Source: a virus (lineage: Duplodnaviria > Caudoviricetes). Taken from it: a stretch of 36,152 nucleotides of DNA. How positions within the stretch are numbered: position 1 is the first letter of the stretch; every line of letters starts with the position of its first letter. The stretch lies in the IMG/VR virus record IMGVR_UViG_3300032255_000010, positions 1 through 36,152 of that record, one strand, 5' to 3'. Below are positions 28,847 through 36,037 of the stretch, piece by piece. Made by a program: the position numbers and the translations under genes. The notes beneath the pieces are model-generated. The model saw only the letters and a program-made list of their open reading frames with translations, had not been told where the DNA came from and did not search any database.

Positions 28847-29179
28847 GTGATTGAACTAGCAGTATTTTCGTATATTTCTGGTGTTGTTCTGTGGGTATTT
28901 TATCTCGCAGCGATGAAGTTAAAGGCCCATAAAGATGAGCTAACCGGCGTAGCTAAATTTTTTGGTTATCAGATCATATTTGTCGGATTGGTTATTGATG
29001 TAGCATTCAATATTGTTGTAGGTTCAATTTTATTTATGGCATTGCCAGTGGGCGGCCTGACATTCACATCAAGATTGATTCATTATAAAAACTCTGGCGG
29101 GTATCGAGGGAAAGTACAAAAATGGTTTTGTGGGAATTTGTTGGACATGTTTGATCCATCTGGACCACATTGTAAATAG
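28847..29179 (+). CDS. Membrane protein
   Basis: Two to three hydrophobic segments; DPSGPHC end. Confidence 0.65.
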   Translation: MIELAVFSYISGVVLWVFYLAAMKLKAHKDELTGVAKFFGYQIIFVGLVIDVAFNIVVGSILFMALPVGGLTFTSRLIHYKNSGGYRGKVQKWFCGNLLDMFDPSGPHCK

Positions 29180-29713
29180 GTGATCAAAATGGCACTTAAT
29201 AGTGATGATATCGCCCTTTTAGACCCAGAAATGCAGGAGCGGGTAGAGGAGTTCATTGCCCATTGTAAATCTGCACAGTTCGGTGTGTTGCTGTATAGCG
29301 GTCGACGATCTTTTGAAGATCAGGCAAGGCTTTTCAGACAGGGCCGTTCGATGGGCTCAATCAAGGCAAAGGCTGCTGAGTTGCGTGATAAGTGGCAGCG
29401 GCCTGACCTGGCTGACATCCTGATTGGCGTAGGCCCACAGAAGGGAAAAAAGATTGTCACAAACGCTGGTCCTGGCCAGTCTGACCATAACTATGGCGGT
29501 GCGGTCGATGGCGTACCTATGGTTGGCGGCAAGCCCGTCTGGGGCACTGACTCATACGAGGATAAGGAAGTTTGGCACCAATACGGAATGATTGCGATAA
29601 GTGCTGGGCTTGAATGGGCGGGTAACTGGACGAGCTTCAGGGAGTATCCACATTTAAAGCTGCCGAGCATGGATTGGCGCGAGCTGATTAAGGATTCTGA
29701 ATATGAGCTATAA
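29180..29713 (+). CDS. Endolysin, M15-family peptidase
   Basis: RSFEDQARL, VTNAGPGQSDHNYGGAVD, LEWAGNW...EYPH. Confidence 0.9.
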   Translation: MIKMALNSDDIALLDPEMQERVEEFIAHCKSAQFGVLLYSGRRSFEDQARLFRQGRSMGSIKAKAAELRDKWQRPDLADILIGVGPQKGKKIVTNAGPGQSDHNYGGAVDGVPMVGGKPVWGTDSYEDKEVWHQYGMIAISAGLEWAGNWTSFREYPHLKLPSMDWRELIKDSEYEL

Positions 29714-29912
29714 CGGAATCATAAAGAAAAGTCGTTCGCTTGACCTAGCCGCATTAAGTCAGTTTGTTGACGCAGGCGCTCTTGCCATATTGGCGTATTC
29801 CCCCGAAGACCTTGGGATTACCGTTCCTACCTATGCAGTTGTGCGGGTAGCAATCAACGTACTGCAGGCGTATTTGCGCTTCAAGACAACAGGCCCTGTA
29901 GGAGATAAATAA
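29703..29912 (+). CDS. Putative holin
   Basis: Hydrophobic segments, LRFKTTGPV end; follows the endolysin. Confidence 0.6.
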   Translation: MSYNGIIKKSRSLDLAALSQFVDAGALAILAYSPEDLGITVPTYAVVRVAINVLQAYLRFKTTGPVGDK

Positions 29913-30121
29913 TGATTAGTAAACTAATGGGTTTGGTAACTGGAATTATGGCGGCTATAGCGCTGTTCTTTAAGGTTAAAGCCGATTCTACTCGTAACAA
30001 AGCTCAGAAAGAGAAGATCGACAAATATGAGGAGGTTATCGACGATGTGGAAACTGCTAGGCGTACTCGCGCTGATGATAATGAGCGGATGCGCGTTGAA
30101 GACAAATACACCCGTAAGTAA
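29912..30121 (+). CDS. Putative inner-membrane spanin (Rz-like)
   Basis: N-terminal TM helix plus charged helical tail; overlaps a lipoprotein gene. Confidence 0.7.
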   Translation: MISKLMGLVTGIMAAIALFFKVKADSTRNKAQKEKIDKYEEVIDDVETARRTRADDNERMRVEDKYTRK

Positions 30122-30227
30122 TTACTGTCTCCTCTATAATCCTATCTACACGTCACCAGATGACACTAGAGAGACTATAGATCAGGTTGTTGATAACAAT
30201 GTAGTCTACGACAAACTATGCGAATAG
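30045..30227 (+). CDS. Putative outer-membrane spanin lipoprotein (Rz1-like)
   Basis: GAGGAGG RBS, signal peptide with lipobox MSGC, overlapping frame. Confidence 0.75.
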   Translation: MWKLLGVLALMIMSGCALKTNTPVSNYCLLYNPIYTSPDDTRETIDQVVDNNVVYDKLCE

Positions 30228-30288
30228 TTGACAATATTTTGACTAACAATCAATCATATTTAGACATTAGCACATAAGCAATTATCTT

Positions 30289-30331
30289 TTTTACAACCTA
30301 ACTCAAATAAATATTGGGTTAGGTTGTAAAA
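30289..30331. terminator. Inverted repeat between convergent operons (probable bidirectional terminator)
   Basis: TTTTACAACCTAACTCAA / TTGGGTTAGGTTGTAAAA. Confidence 0.55.
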
Positions 30332-30355
30332 GAAACGCACTAGAAAGCACACCAA

Positions 30356-30691
30356 CTATTTTCTATACTCCCTGAGTTCTTCACGTTTAGTAGCCTGCTG
30401 GGTCTGCCATAATCCAGCGCCCATTTTAGCTATTTCAAGGTTCCATCTGCATAGCTCAGACTCCCCCACAGCGTCAGCAAGCGCCGATAATAGCTTGATG
30501 TACTCATCGTCCGCCCTAGCCTCTCTTTCCTGTGCTGCGGCGGTTTTATGCTCAGGCTCATATTTTTTCATTATGATGGCAAGCTTAGACTTTTTGAAAT
30601 CTTCCAGATAAACAGCCTCTCTTTTAGCTTTGGCGTATTTCGCCGCTATCTCTCTCAGCTCGCTTAATCGTCTTTCTATGCTATTGTCCAT
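30356..30691 (-). CDS. Coiled-coil hypothetical phage protein
   Basis: 111-aa helical ORF at the end of the leftward operon. Confidence 0.7.
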   Translation of the reverse strand: MDNSIERRLSELREIAAKYAKAKREAVYLEDFKKSKLAIIMKKYEPEHKTAAAQEREARADDEYIKLLSALADAVGESELCRWNLEIAKMGAGLWQTQQATKREELREYRK

Positions 30692-30710
30692 TTATCACCC
30701 ATTTCACATA

Positions 30711-31016
30711 TTATTCATCAAACCGCTTAAACCTTGGTAATGACTTCCTGATGCTGTTCATTAAAAATGTTATCCCGTGAATCCCAATCGGCTCATCGTT
30801 GCAATAAATGCTGTAGTTATCAATTCTATTTCCTTCAAGACACTCAAATATTGCGACTTCTTTTGTGTGCCTGCGTTCTATTGTGATTTTGATGTAAGGA
30901 TCAATATCTACAAAGTCAGTATGCTGATCCTTTTCAGCGAGTCTTTTTCTTTCTTTTGCGGCGTTTGCTTGTAATGACCACAGTTTTCGTGCTTTTTTAT
31001 TTGCTCTATAAGTCAT
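30711..31016 (-). CDS. Hypothetical protein starting inside the attI-like element (MTYRANKK...)
   Basis: AGGGAG RBS and ATG at 31016. Confidence 0.6.
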   Translation of the reverse strand: MTYRANKKARKLWSLQANAAKERKRLAEKDQHTDFVDIDPYIKITIERRHTKEVAIFECLEGNRIDNYSIYCNDEPIGIHGITFLMNSIRKSLPRFKRFDE

Positions 31017-31065
31017 TGTTTTTACGCTCCCTACCTTATCAGGTGTGTATAGCCCAGTGTTAGGT
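31009..31065 (+). other. attI-like recombination site heading array A
   Basis: GTATAGC-CCAGT-GTTAGGT; inverted copy of 4925-4978. Confidence 0.75.
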
Positions 31066-31083
31066 GACAACGGGGGTTATTAA

Positions 31084-31548
31084 ATGATTGAACATTTGCC
31101 ATTAGCTTTATCATCTCTTAGTACGGCTCTTGATATTGGAAAGAGCTTGGTAGGTATCCGCGATACTGCAAAACTTCAAGACGAGATTGTGAAATTCAAC
31201 AGCATCATAATCGGTGCGCAATCCGAAATAATGGCGTCTCAAAATGAACAAGCGTCTATGGTTAGAAAAATAGGAGAGCTTGAAAAAGAATGTATGCGCC
31301 TTAGTGATTGGGAAGCTGAAAGAAAAAGATACGCGAGAAAGGAAGTCGCTACTGGTGTTTTTGTATACATAGAAAATGACTATGTGGGCAAATTTGAAAA
31401 CGCGCATAAATATTGCTGCAATTGTCTCGATAATTACAAGAAGTCCACACTTCAGCAATTCAATATTACAGAAGGTCGGAAAATTTGGCTTTCGTGTCAT
31501 AACAAATGTCCTGATTTAATATTTCGCCACTACAATGATGTCACCTAA
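31084..31548 (+). CDS. Canonically oriented cassette gene: coiled-coil plus Zn-ribbon hypothetical protein
   Basis: Bounded by GTTAGGTGACA and TGTCACCTAAC; stop in R''; CCNC...CHNKC. Confidence 0.8.
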   Translation: MIEHLPLALSSLSTALDIGKSLVGIRDTAKLQDEIVKFNSIIIGAQSEIMASQNEQASMVRKIGELEKECMRLSDWEAERKRYARKEVATGVFVYIENDYVGKFENAHKYCCNCLDNYKKSTLQQFNITEGRKIWLSCHNKCPDLIFRHYNDVT

Positions 31549-31653
31549 CAAAAGCGGTCAAGAAGGACAGTCCTACGCGGCGTTCGTTTGTGCTGAAAAA
31601 CCTAGCACAAGCCTCTCACCGCTACGGCATGCCTCTTACCGCTGGCGTTATAC
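31543..31653 (+). repeat. attC-like site (111 bp)
   Basis: ACCTAAC-AAAAGCGGT(C)AAGA...TCTTACCGCTGGC-GTTATAC. Confidence 0.9.
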
Positions 31654-32190
31654 CGCACTGCCAAGCTCGGCGGTACATTCAACCTCGTTACCCCATACGT
31701 CCCAGCCTTCGTGAGGATCACGGCAGAATAACTCTACTCTTGGTCTATCTCCGCTCACCTCAACAATCATCTCTCTAAACATATTTGGCTTTTCCGAATG
31801 CTTAAGCCGCTTATGCTCAAAAGCAGTTCTATCAATCCTTTTCTCGGCCTTAAGTGTGCCTCGGCGACAAAACAGTAAATGCTCGGTAGTTTGCACATAT
31901 GTTCCACCGATACCTATTCCGTGAGGTGGCTTCACCCATGTCAACATACAGCTTGGCTTAAAGCCCCACGCCTTAGCAACTTCGTAGCTTTCAGCTATGT
32001 ATTTATTTATCACCCACAGGTAGAGGTGTGCGTTTTTGTCCGCTATCGCCTTTACTGGCAGCGCCTTAATTTCGTCAATGCTCATTGTCGGGTAGGGCAG
32101 TGGCTTCGATGGCCCGTTGCTATTCCAATCTGGTCCGCGCTTAACGTCCCAAGGCGGGTCGGCGTAAATCACTTGGTATTTCTTTGTCAT
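31648..32190 (-). CDS. MT-A70-family adenine methyltransferase
   Basis: YQVIYADPPW, YPTMS, LYLW, TEHLL, HSEKP, RVELFCR...GWDVWGNE; CAGGAG RBS. Confidence 0.92.
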   Translation of the reverse strand: MTKKYQVIYADPPWDVKRGPDWNSNGPSKPLPYPTMSIDEIKALPVKAIADKNAHLYLWVINKYIAESYEVAKAWGFKPSCMLTWVKPPHGIGIGGTYVQTTEHLLFCRRGTLKAEKRIDRTAFEHKRLKHSEKPNMFREMIVEVSGDRPRVELFCRDPHEGWDVWGNEVECTAELGSAV

Positions 32191-32215
32191 AAATTTTAAC
32201 TCCTGTGTATGCGCG

Positions 32216-32294
32216 GTATAACAAGGCAAATTAACAGCGACATTCACCGCGTCGCTTCGCTCCTTGTTCATGCGCGTTATTTGCGATGTTATGC
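32216..32294 (+). repeat. attC-like site (79 bp)
   Basis: GTATAAC-AAGGCAAAT(T)AAC(A)GCG...CGCGTTATTTGCGAT-GTTATGC. Confidence 0.9.
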
Positions 32295-32561
32295 GTCATT
32301 CTCAGCCAGCCAATCAATGCACTTTTGGCGGAATTTCCCCGCAATCTCTAAAGCTTTATCTTTTGTGGTCCATCCTGAAATTCCCTCCCAGCCAACGGTT
32401 TGCCCGTTTACTGTCGGGCACCAATAATTTATTGGCCGCCCATGTGGGTTTTGTTCACTGTCGCTCATGTCTTCAGGCCACGTTCCGGCTTGGTTCCACA
32501 ACATTTCCTGCTTCACTCCAATTTTACCGCTTGCCAGACCTGCAATTTGTTGTCTATCCAT
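32289..32561 (-). CDS. Cassette-borne hypothetical protein
   Basis: GGAGG RBS immediately after attC; stop in the core site. Confidence 0.7.
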   Translation of the reverse strand: MDRQQIAGLASGKIGVKQEMLWNQAGTWPEDMSDSEQNPHGRPINYWCPTVNGQTVGWEGISGWTTKDKALEIAGKFRQKCIDWLAENDA

Positions 32562-32574
32562 TATCAATCCTCCC

Positions 32575-32649
32575 GCATAACAATGCGCTTAAGTTCGCTT
32601 CACTTCGTTCCGCCGGACGGCTTCGCCACCGCTTAGCTTGGCGTTAGGT
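32575..32649 (+). repeat. attC-like site (75 bp)
   Basis: GCATAAC-AATGCGCTTAAG...CTTAGCTTGGC-GTTAGGT. Confidence 0.88.
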
Positions 32650-32799
32650 GGACTTAATGTCCGAGTGTATCCAGCAAAGCTTTCCTAAAATTGCCCACGC
32701 TATACCGTTGGTTAAGCTCCGCTCCTCTATCCCAATTCCTAGAGTTCTGGCAATAGCAAATCCTAGGAAGCCCCAGCCCATTAGTTCATTTGCGCTCAT
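32644..32799 (-). CDS. Small hydrophobic protein, second gene of a two-gene cassette
   Basis: ATGA overlap with the upstream gene; stop in the core site. Confidence 0.5.
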   Translation of the reverse strand: MSANELMGWGFLGFAIARTLGIGIEERSLTNGIAWAILGKLCWIHSDIKST

Positions 32800-33056
32800 C
32801 TCCATGGCCAAATCATAGCGAGCCGATAGAATCGATGTTTCATAAGCCAGTAAGTTATCGGTCCGCATTCAATCCAATCAAAGTTTGGCGTCGCTTCAAT
32901 TATCCGATCAAGGTCTTCTTGCTTTGTGCATTTAACGCTGGCTGTGCATCCGTTCCAATCCGTATAAACAGCATAAAAGCGTGGAGTAAAAAGCCACCTA
33001 ACAACAGGCTCTAAGGGACCACTGGCCGCGACGTTCGTTGCATTCTGCTTGTTCAT
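32796..33056 (-). CDS. Cassette-borne hypothetical protein starting inside attC
   Basis: ATG in the loop of attC 32996-33118. Confidence 0.65.
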   Translation of the reverse strand: MNKQNATNVAASGPLEPVVRWLFTPRFYAVYTDWNGCTASVKCTKQEDLDRIIEATPNFDWIECGPITYWLMKHRFYRLAMIWPWR

Positions 33057-33118
33057 AGTCTCAATACTCTTCGTTTTAATTCAGCGTGGCCAGTGGCCCC
33101 TAAGCCTTACCGTTATAC
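32996..33118 (+). repeat. attC-like site (123 bp)
   Basis: ACCTAAC-AACAGGCTCTAAGGGACCACTGGCC...GGCCAGTGGCCCCTAAGCCTTACC-GTTATAC. Confidence 0.88.
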
Positions 33119-33424
33119 ATCTAATTCTGTTACAGTCTTTCTGGCTCTCGCGCCAGGTTTAGGGTAGTCATAATCATCGTTATCGGCAAAATCAGTCATA
33201 AACTCACCTGCAGGGTTATCGGGTAAAAATGCAATAGCGTGGTAGTGTTCTGGGTCTGCGTAAAACCACACGGTATTAACAAGTTTGTTTAAGTAGATTA
33301 CTATTTCGTCGGGCGTTAGCGGCTTCCCATGCTTTAATATTGCCGGACCATTAGCCGTAACACATTGAGAGAAAACACTATAGTCATGTATAACAAGTGC
33401 ATTAACATCGTTCGTTTCACTCAC
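33113..33424 (-). CDS. Cassette-borne hypothetical protein starting inside attC
   Basis: AAGGAGGT SD and GTG within attC 33388-33463; stop in the core site. Confidence 0.7.
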   Translation of the reverse strand: MSETNDVNALVIHDYSVFSQCVTANGPAILKHGKPLTPDEIVIYLNKLVNTVWFYADPEHYHAIAFLPDNPAGEFMTDFADNDDYDYPKPGARARKTVTELDV

Positions 33425-33463
33425 TGCGACCTCCTTCGTCGGCGCGTTATGCAGGCGTTATGT
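33388..33463 (+). repeat. attC-like site (76 bp)
   Basis: GTATAAC-AAGTGCAT(T)AAC...GTTATGCAGGC-GTTATGT. Confidence 0.88.
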
Positions 33464-34111
33464 TGCACTAATACGCTCTTGTGCAATCTTAAAGTATTCT
33501 TCGTCTAGCTCTATACCGATAAATTTGCGGTTTAAGTTTTTACATGCAACGCCTGTTGAACCGCTGCCCATAAACGGGTCTAAAATTATCCCGTCCTTAT
33601 TAGATAGTCCGCTAATCAATGTACTTAATAAATCAACGGGCTTTTCAGCTCCGTGGTGCTCTTTTTTTAATGGGGCTTTTATTATCGTTGGAATATGGGT
33701 TAGTTTTTCTTTATTCAGCTTTAAACTGTCTCTATTTGCGTAAAAAATAATCTCATGCTGCTTTCGAAAAGGGTTTCCCATTCCTATTCTGCCCTTATCC
33801 CATACCACTATATTTTTTTGCTTCCATTCATAAAATAAGCCCATTAACACAGCGCTATAAACATCATCACAAAACACAAGAATAGGCGCATTTGGCTTTA
33901 ATAAGCGTCCCCACTCTTTCTTTATTGCTGAAAAATAAAACTCCTGTATAGCTAAATCAGAAAGCCGGTTTACAACTTTTCGCCCGAATGCGTGGACGGT
34001 TGGGCTTGTGTAAGGCGGGTCGGTTAAAATCATATCAACCGAACCATCTGGTATTTCTTTCATCATCTCAAGGCAATCGCCTTGCATCAGTGTAATCATA
34101 GTGGTTTCCAT
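33458..34111 (-). CDS. N6-adenine/N4-cytosine DNA methyltransferase (beta class)
   Basis: GDCLE, TDPPY, H.AEKP, LDPFMGSGSTG, FIGIEL. Confidence 0.93.
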   Translation of the reverse strand: METTMITLMQGDCLEMMKEIPDGSVDMILTDPPYTSPTVHAFGRKVVNRLSDLAIQEFYFSAIKKEWGRLLKPNAPILVFCDDVYSAVLMGLFYEWKQKNIVVWDKGRIGMGNPFRKQHEIIFYANRDSLKLNKEKLTHIPTIIKAPLKKEHHGAEKPVDLLSTLISGLSNKDGIILDPFMGSGSTGVACKNLNRKFIGIELDEEYFKIAQERISAT

Positions 34112-34128
34112 AGTTCAGTGTAGGTGCA

Positions 34129-34188
34129 GCCTAACAATGGCATTAACGCGGACAACAAAAAGCGTTGCCTGTTATGCGGGCGTTATGC
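34129..34188 (+). repeat. attC-like site (60 bp)
   Basis: GCCTAAC-AATGGCAT(T)AACGCGGACAAC...GTTGCCTGTTATGCGGGC-GTTATGC. Confidence 0.88.
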
Positions 34189-34593
34189 GTCAATTTCAGC
34201 TATCTGTTCTAACGCATTCCTAATGTTCAAGGCTGTGCCAAACAAGTGGTTATTTCCGTCCGGCGCACCATCGTAGTTGTCATGCCAAAAATCCCAGTCG
34301 TATGCACTTCTTGGCATGGGTTTTGGGTTGTACTCAATATGCCACCCGTCCGGGGCTAGACCATCAATAAACGAAGTCAGTACATTTATCCTGCCTTTGG
34401 CGGCAACTAGCGATTCTATGGAGGCAATAGCAGCGTCAATATCAAGCCCTAAGCTTTTCGGTTCTGGCTGCTCACCATCTCCACCCCTACGCCATTCGTT
34501 GTAGCGTTTTAAACGCATAACAAGGCAATTTAACTCGGACCCAACTACCGCAGTGGTCGCTTCAAGTTTTATGGTTTCTGATAAGTTCATCAT
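34183..34593 (-). CDS. Cassette-borne hypothetical protein starting inside attC
   Basis: AGGA and ATG in the loop of attC 34515-34647; stop in the core site. Confidence 0.7.
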   Translation of the reverse strand: MMNLSETIKLEATTAVVGSELNCLVMRLKRYNEWRRGGDGEQPEPKSLGLDIDAAIASIESLVAAKGRINVLTSFIDGLAPDGWHIEYNPKPMPRSAYDWDFWHDNYDGAPDGNNHLFGTALNIRNALEQIAEIDA

Positions 34594-34647
34594 TCGCTTA
34601 GTCCTGTGGTTTTGTTCCCGTTGGTCCGGTTAATTGCAACGTTATGT
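34515..34647 (+). repeat. attC-like site (133 bp)
   Basis: GCATAAC-AAGGCAATT(T)AAC(T)CGGAC(C)CAAC...GTTGGTCCGGTTAATTGCAAC-GTTATGT. Confidence 0.9.
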
Positions 34648-34656
34648 GCCTAGGTG

Positions 34657-34911
34657 CTAATCATCTAGCGATAGCATCGACAGCACCATTTTTAAAGCCT
34701 TGCCAGCGCCTGGCGTTTTCATGTCCTCTGCCATTTTCAGCGTTAGAATTATTTTAAAAAGTGCGTCGGCAGGTTTTGGCCAGTTTCCAGTTCGCTCCCA
34801 CCGGCCCCATGTGTCGCTGGCGTTTTGTCCTGTCTGTCCAGCAAACAGCTCACCGGCCTCACGTTGCGTGAGCCCCATCGTCTCACGCACTTCTATTGCT
34901 TTATTTCTCAT
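34657..34911 (-). CDS. XRE-family HTH regulator
   Basis: EVRETMGLTQREAGELF...TWGRWERTG. Confidence 0.8.
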   Translation of the reverse strand: MRNKAIEVRETMGLTQREAGELFAGQTGQNASDTWGRWERTGNWPKPADALFKIILTLKMAEDMKTPGAGKALKMVLSMLSLDD

Positions 34912-35155
34912 ACGACCCGATTTTATTTTTATTATCAACAGACCCGTTATTAATTATGCTCATTACGTTTTCTGGAGCAATGATGCGCGATTCGTTGCCT
35001 CCAAATTTTGCTTGATACTGCACTGCATAAGCTGCTGCATTCCATGGGTCTTCACCTAGGGACTTATTTCTTGCGATTATTTTTTTGCCACTGCTTGCTG
35101 TTATCTCGTAGCCGCCGCCTTGCCGTCTGTTGTATATCACTGAAATCATTATCAT
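34901..35155 (-). CDS. Hypothetical protein
   Basis: Coupled ORF in the 4-gene cassette. Confidence 0.6.
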   Translation of the reverse strand: MIMISVIYNRRQGGGYEITASSGKKIIARNKSLGEDPWNAAAYAVQYQAKFGGNESRIIAPENVMSIINNGSVDNKNKIGSYEK

Positions 35156-35484
35156 GATTGCGCCCTCTTTTCTAATGCTCTTGATATAAAGCTGTACCCG
35201 TTATTTTCATCAAAAAGAGAGTATACGAAATGAAGTTTTTTCCATCCGAGCGCTATATACAATTCTTGAATCTCTTTTATATCAGAAGCAAGGTTGCCAG
35301 TATTTTTATATATTTCATTCCCTGCATGATCTTTAATCGAGGCTACACTGCACTCGTAGCCATATTCGTTGCATTCGCCAATATTTACTTCTGCTGTTAA
35401 AACCGCTGACGGCATAATAAATTCGTGCATATCGCTTGGCGTACATGCGGGATAAATATTTATTGATACTGATTCAATTCTCAT
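35152..35484 (-). CDS. Hypothetical protein
   Basis: AGGA RBS; ATGA overlap downstream. Confidence 0.65.
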   Translation of the reverse strand: MRIESVSINIYPACTPSDMHEFIMPSAVLTAEVNIGECNEYGYECSVASIKDHAGNEIYKNTGNLASDIKEIQELYIALGWKKLHFVYSLFDENNGYSFISRALEKRAQS

Positions 35485-35496
35485 TTTGCTGTCCTG

Positions 35497-35859
35497 TTAT
35501 TTTTGTGAGTTGATGAAACGGCTAACTTCGCTGTTCAATGTGATTAGTTCAAGTAAGTCAGTTTTCTTTGTTTTTGCGCTTAGCGCTGCTTCAGCTTTTG
35601 CTATGTAAGCCTTTGCTGTTGAAAGATCGCTTACTTCTGCACGTTCAACATTGATTTTTTGACTAGCAACTAAGCGAGCGACTTTAGATTTCAGCGCGTC
35701 TAGCTTCATTCCAGCATCTGCATGCTTCGCAACTTTTTTTACTGTTACGAACAGAGCGTTATAACCGGCTTTAGCAGTTGCAAGCTCAGCGTCAGACATA
35801 AGGCCGATGTGTTGATCTAGGAAATCTTCGCAGTATTCGTTGAAAGTAAGCTTGCTCAT
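35497..35859 (-). CDS. Hypothetical protein
   Basis: AAGGAG RBS; first gene after the cassette promoter. Confidence 0.75.
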   Translation of the reverse strand: MSKLTFNEYCEDFLDQHIGLMSDAELATAKAGYNALFVTVKKVAKHADAGMKLDALKSKVARLVASQKINVERAEVSDLSTAKAYIAKAEAALSAKTKKTDLLELITLNSEVSRFINSQK

Positions 35860-35909
35860 TTTCTTTCTCCTTGCTTGGCTTCTGGTTTATTCCGTCTGCC
35901 TATGATTTA

Positions 35910-35938
35910 AATATACACGACACAGTGTCGTATTGCAA
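35910..35938 (-). promoter_or_regulatory. sigma70 promoter with palindromic operator in the spacer
   Basis: TTGCAA-N17-TATATT; ACGACAC-A-GTGTCGT at 35917-35931. Confidence 0.8.
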
Positions 35939-35973
35939 GGGCTTTTTTAATCATTAGCAAAAATAATCACGGC

Positions 35974-36033
35974 ACATAACAAACGCATACAGCGGACTCA
36001 GCTACGCTACGCCGTTGATGCGCAACGTTAGAT
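35974..36033 (+). repeat. attC-like site (60 bp)
   Basis: ACATAAC-AAACGCATACAGCGG...CCGTTGATGCGCAAC-GTTAGAT; GGCACATAAC matches GTTATGTGCC at 34641. Confidence 0.9.
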
Positions 36034-36037
36034 TGCT

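Noticed and set aside
30296-30324. ACCTAAC...GTTAGGT as another attC
   Set aside because: Only 29 bp with no L boxes or extrahelical pattern. It lies between convergent operons and is better explained as a terminator.
32191-32271. N-terminal extension of the MT-A70 gene into attC
   Set aside because: A good CAGGAG RBS precedes the ATG at 32190, where the family motif begins.
84-36033. The palindromes as CRISPR repeats, REP elements or plain terminators
   Set aside because: Variable length and sequence, gene-sized spacing, no U-tracts, and cassette-specific end matching fit attC instead.
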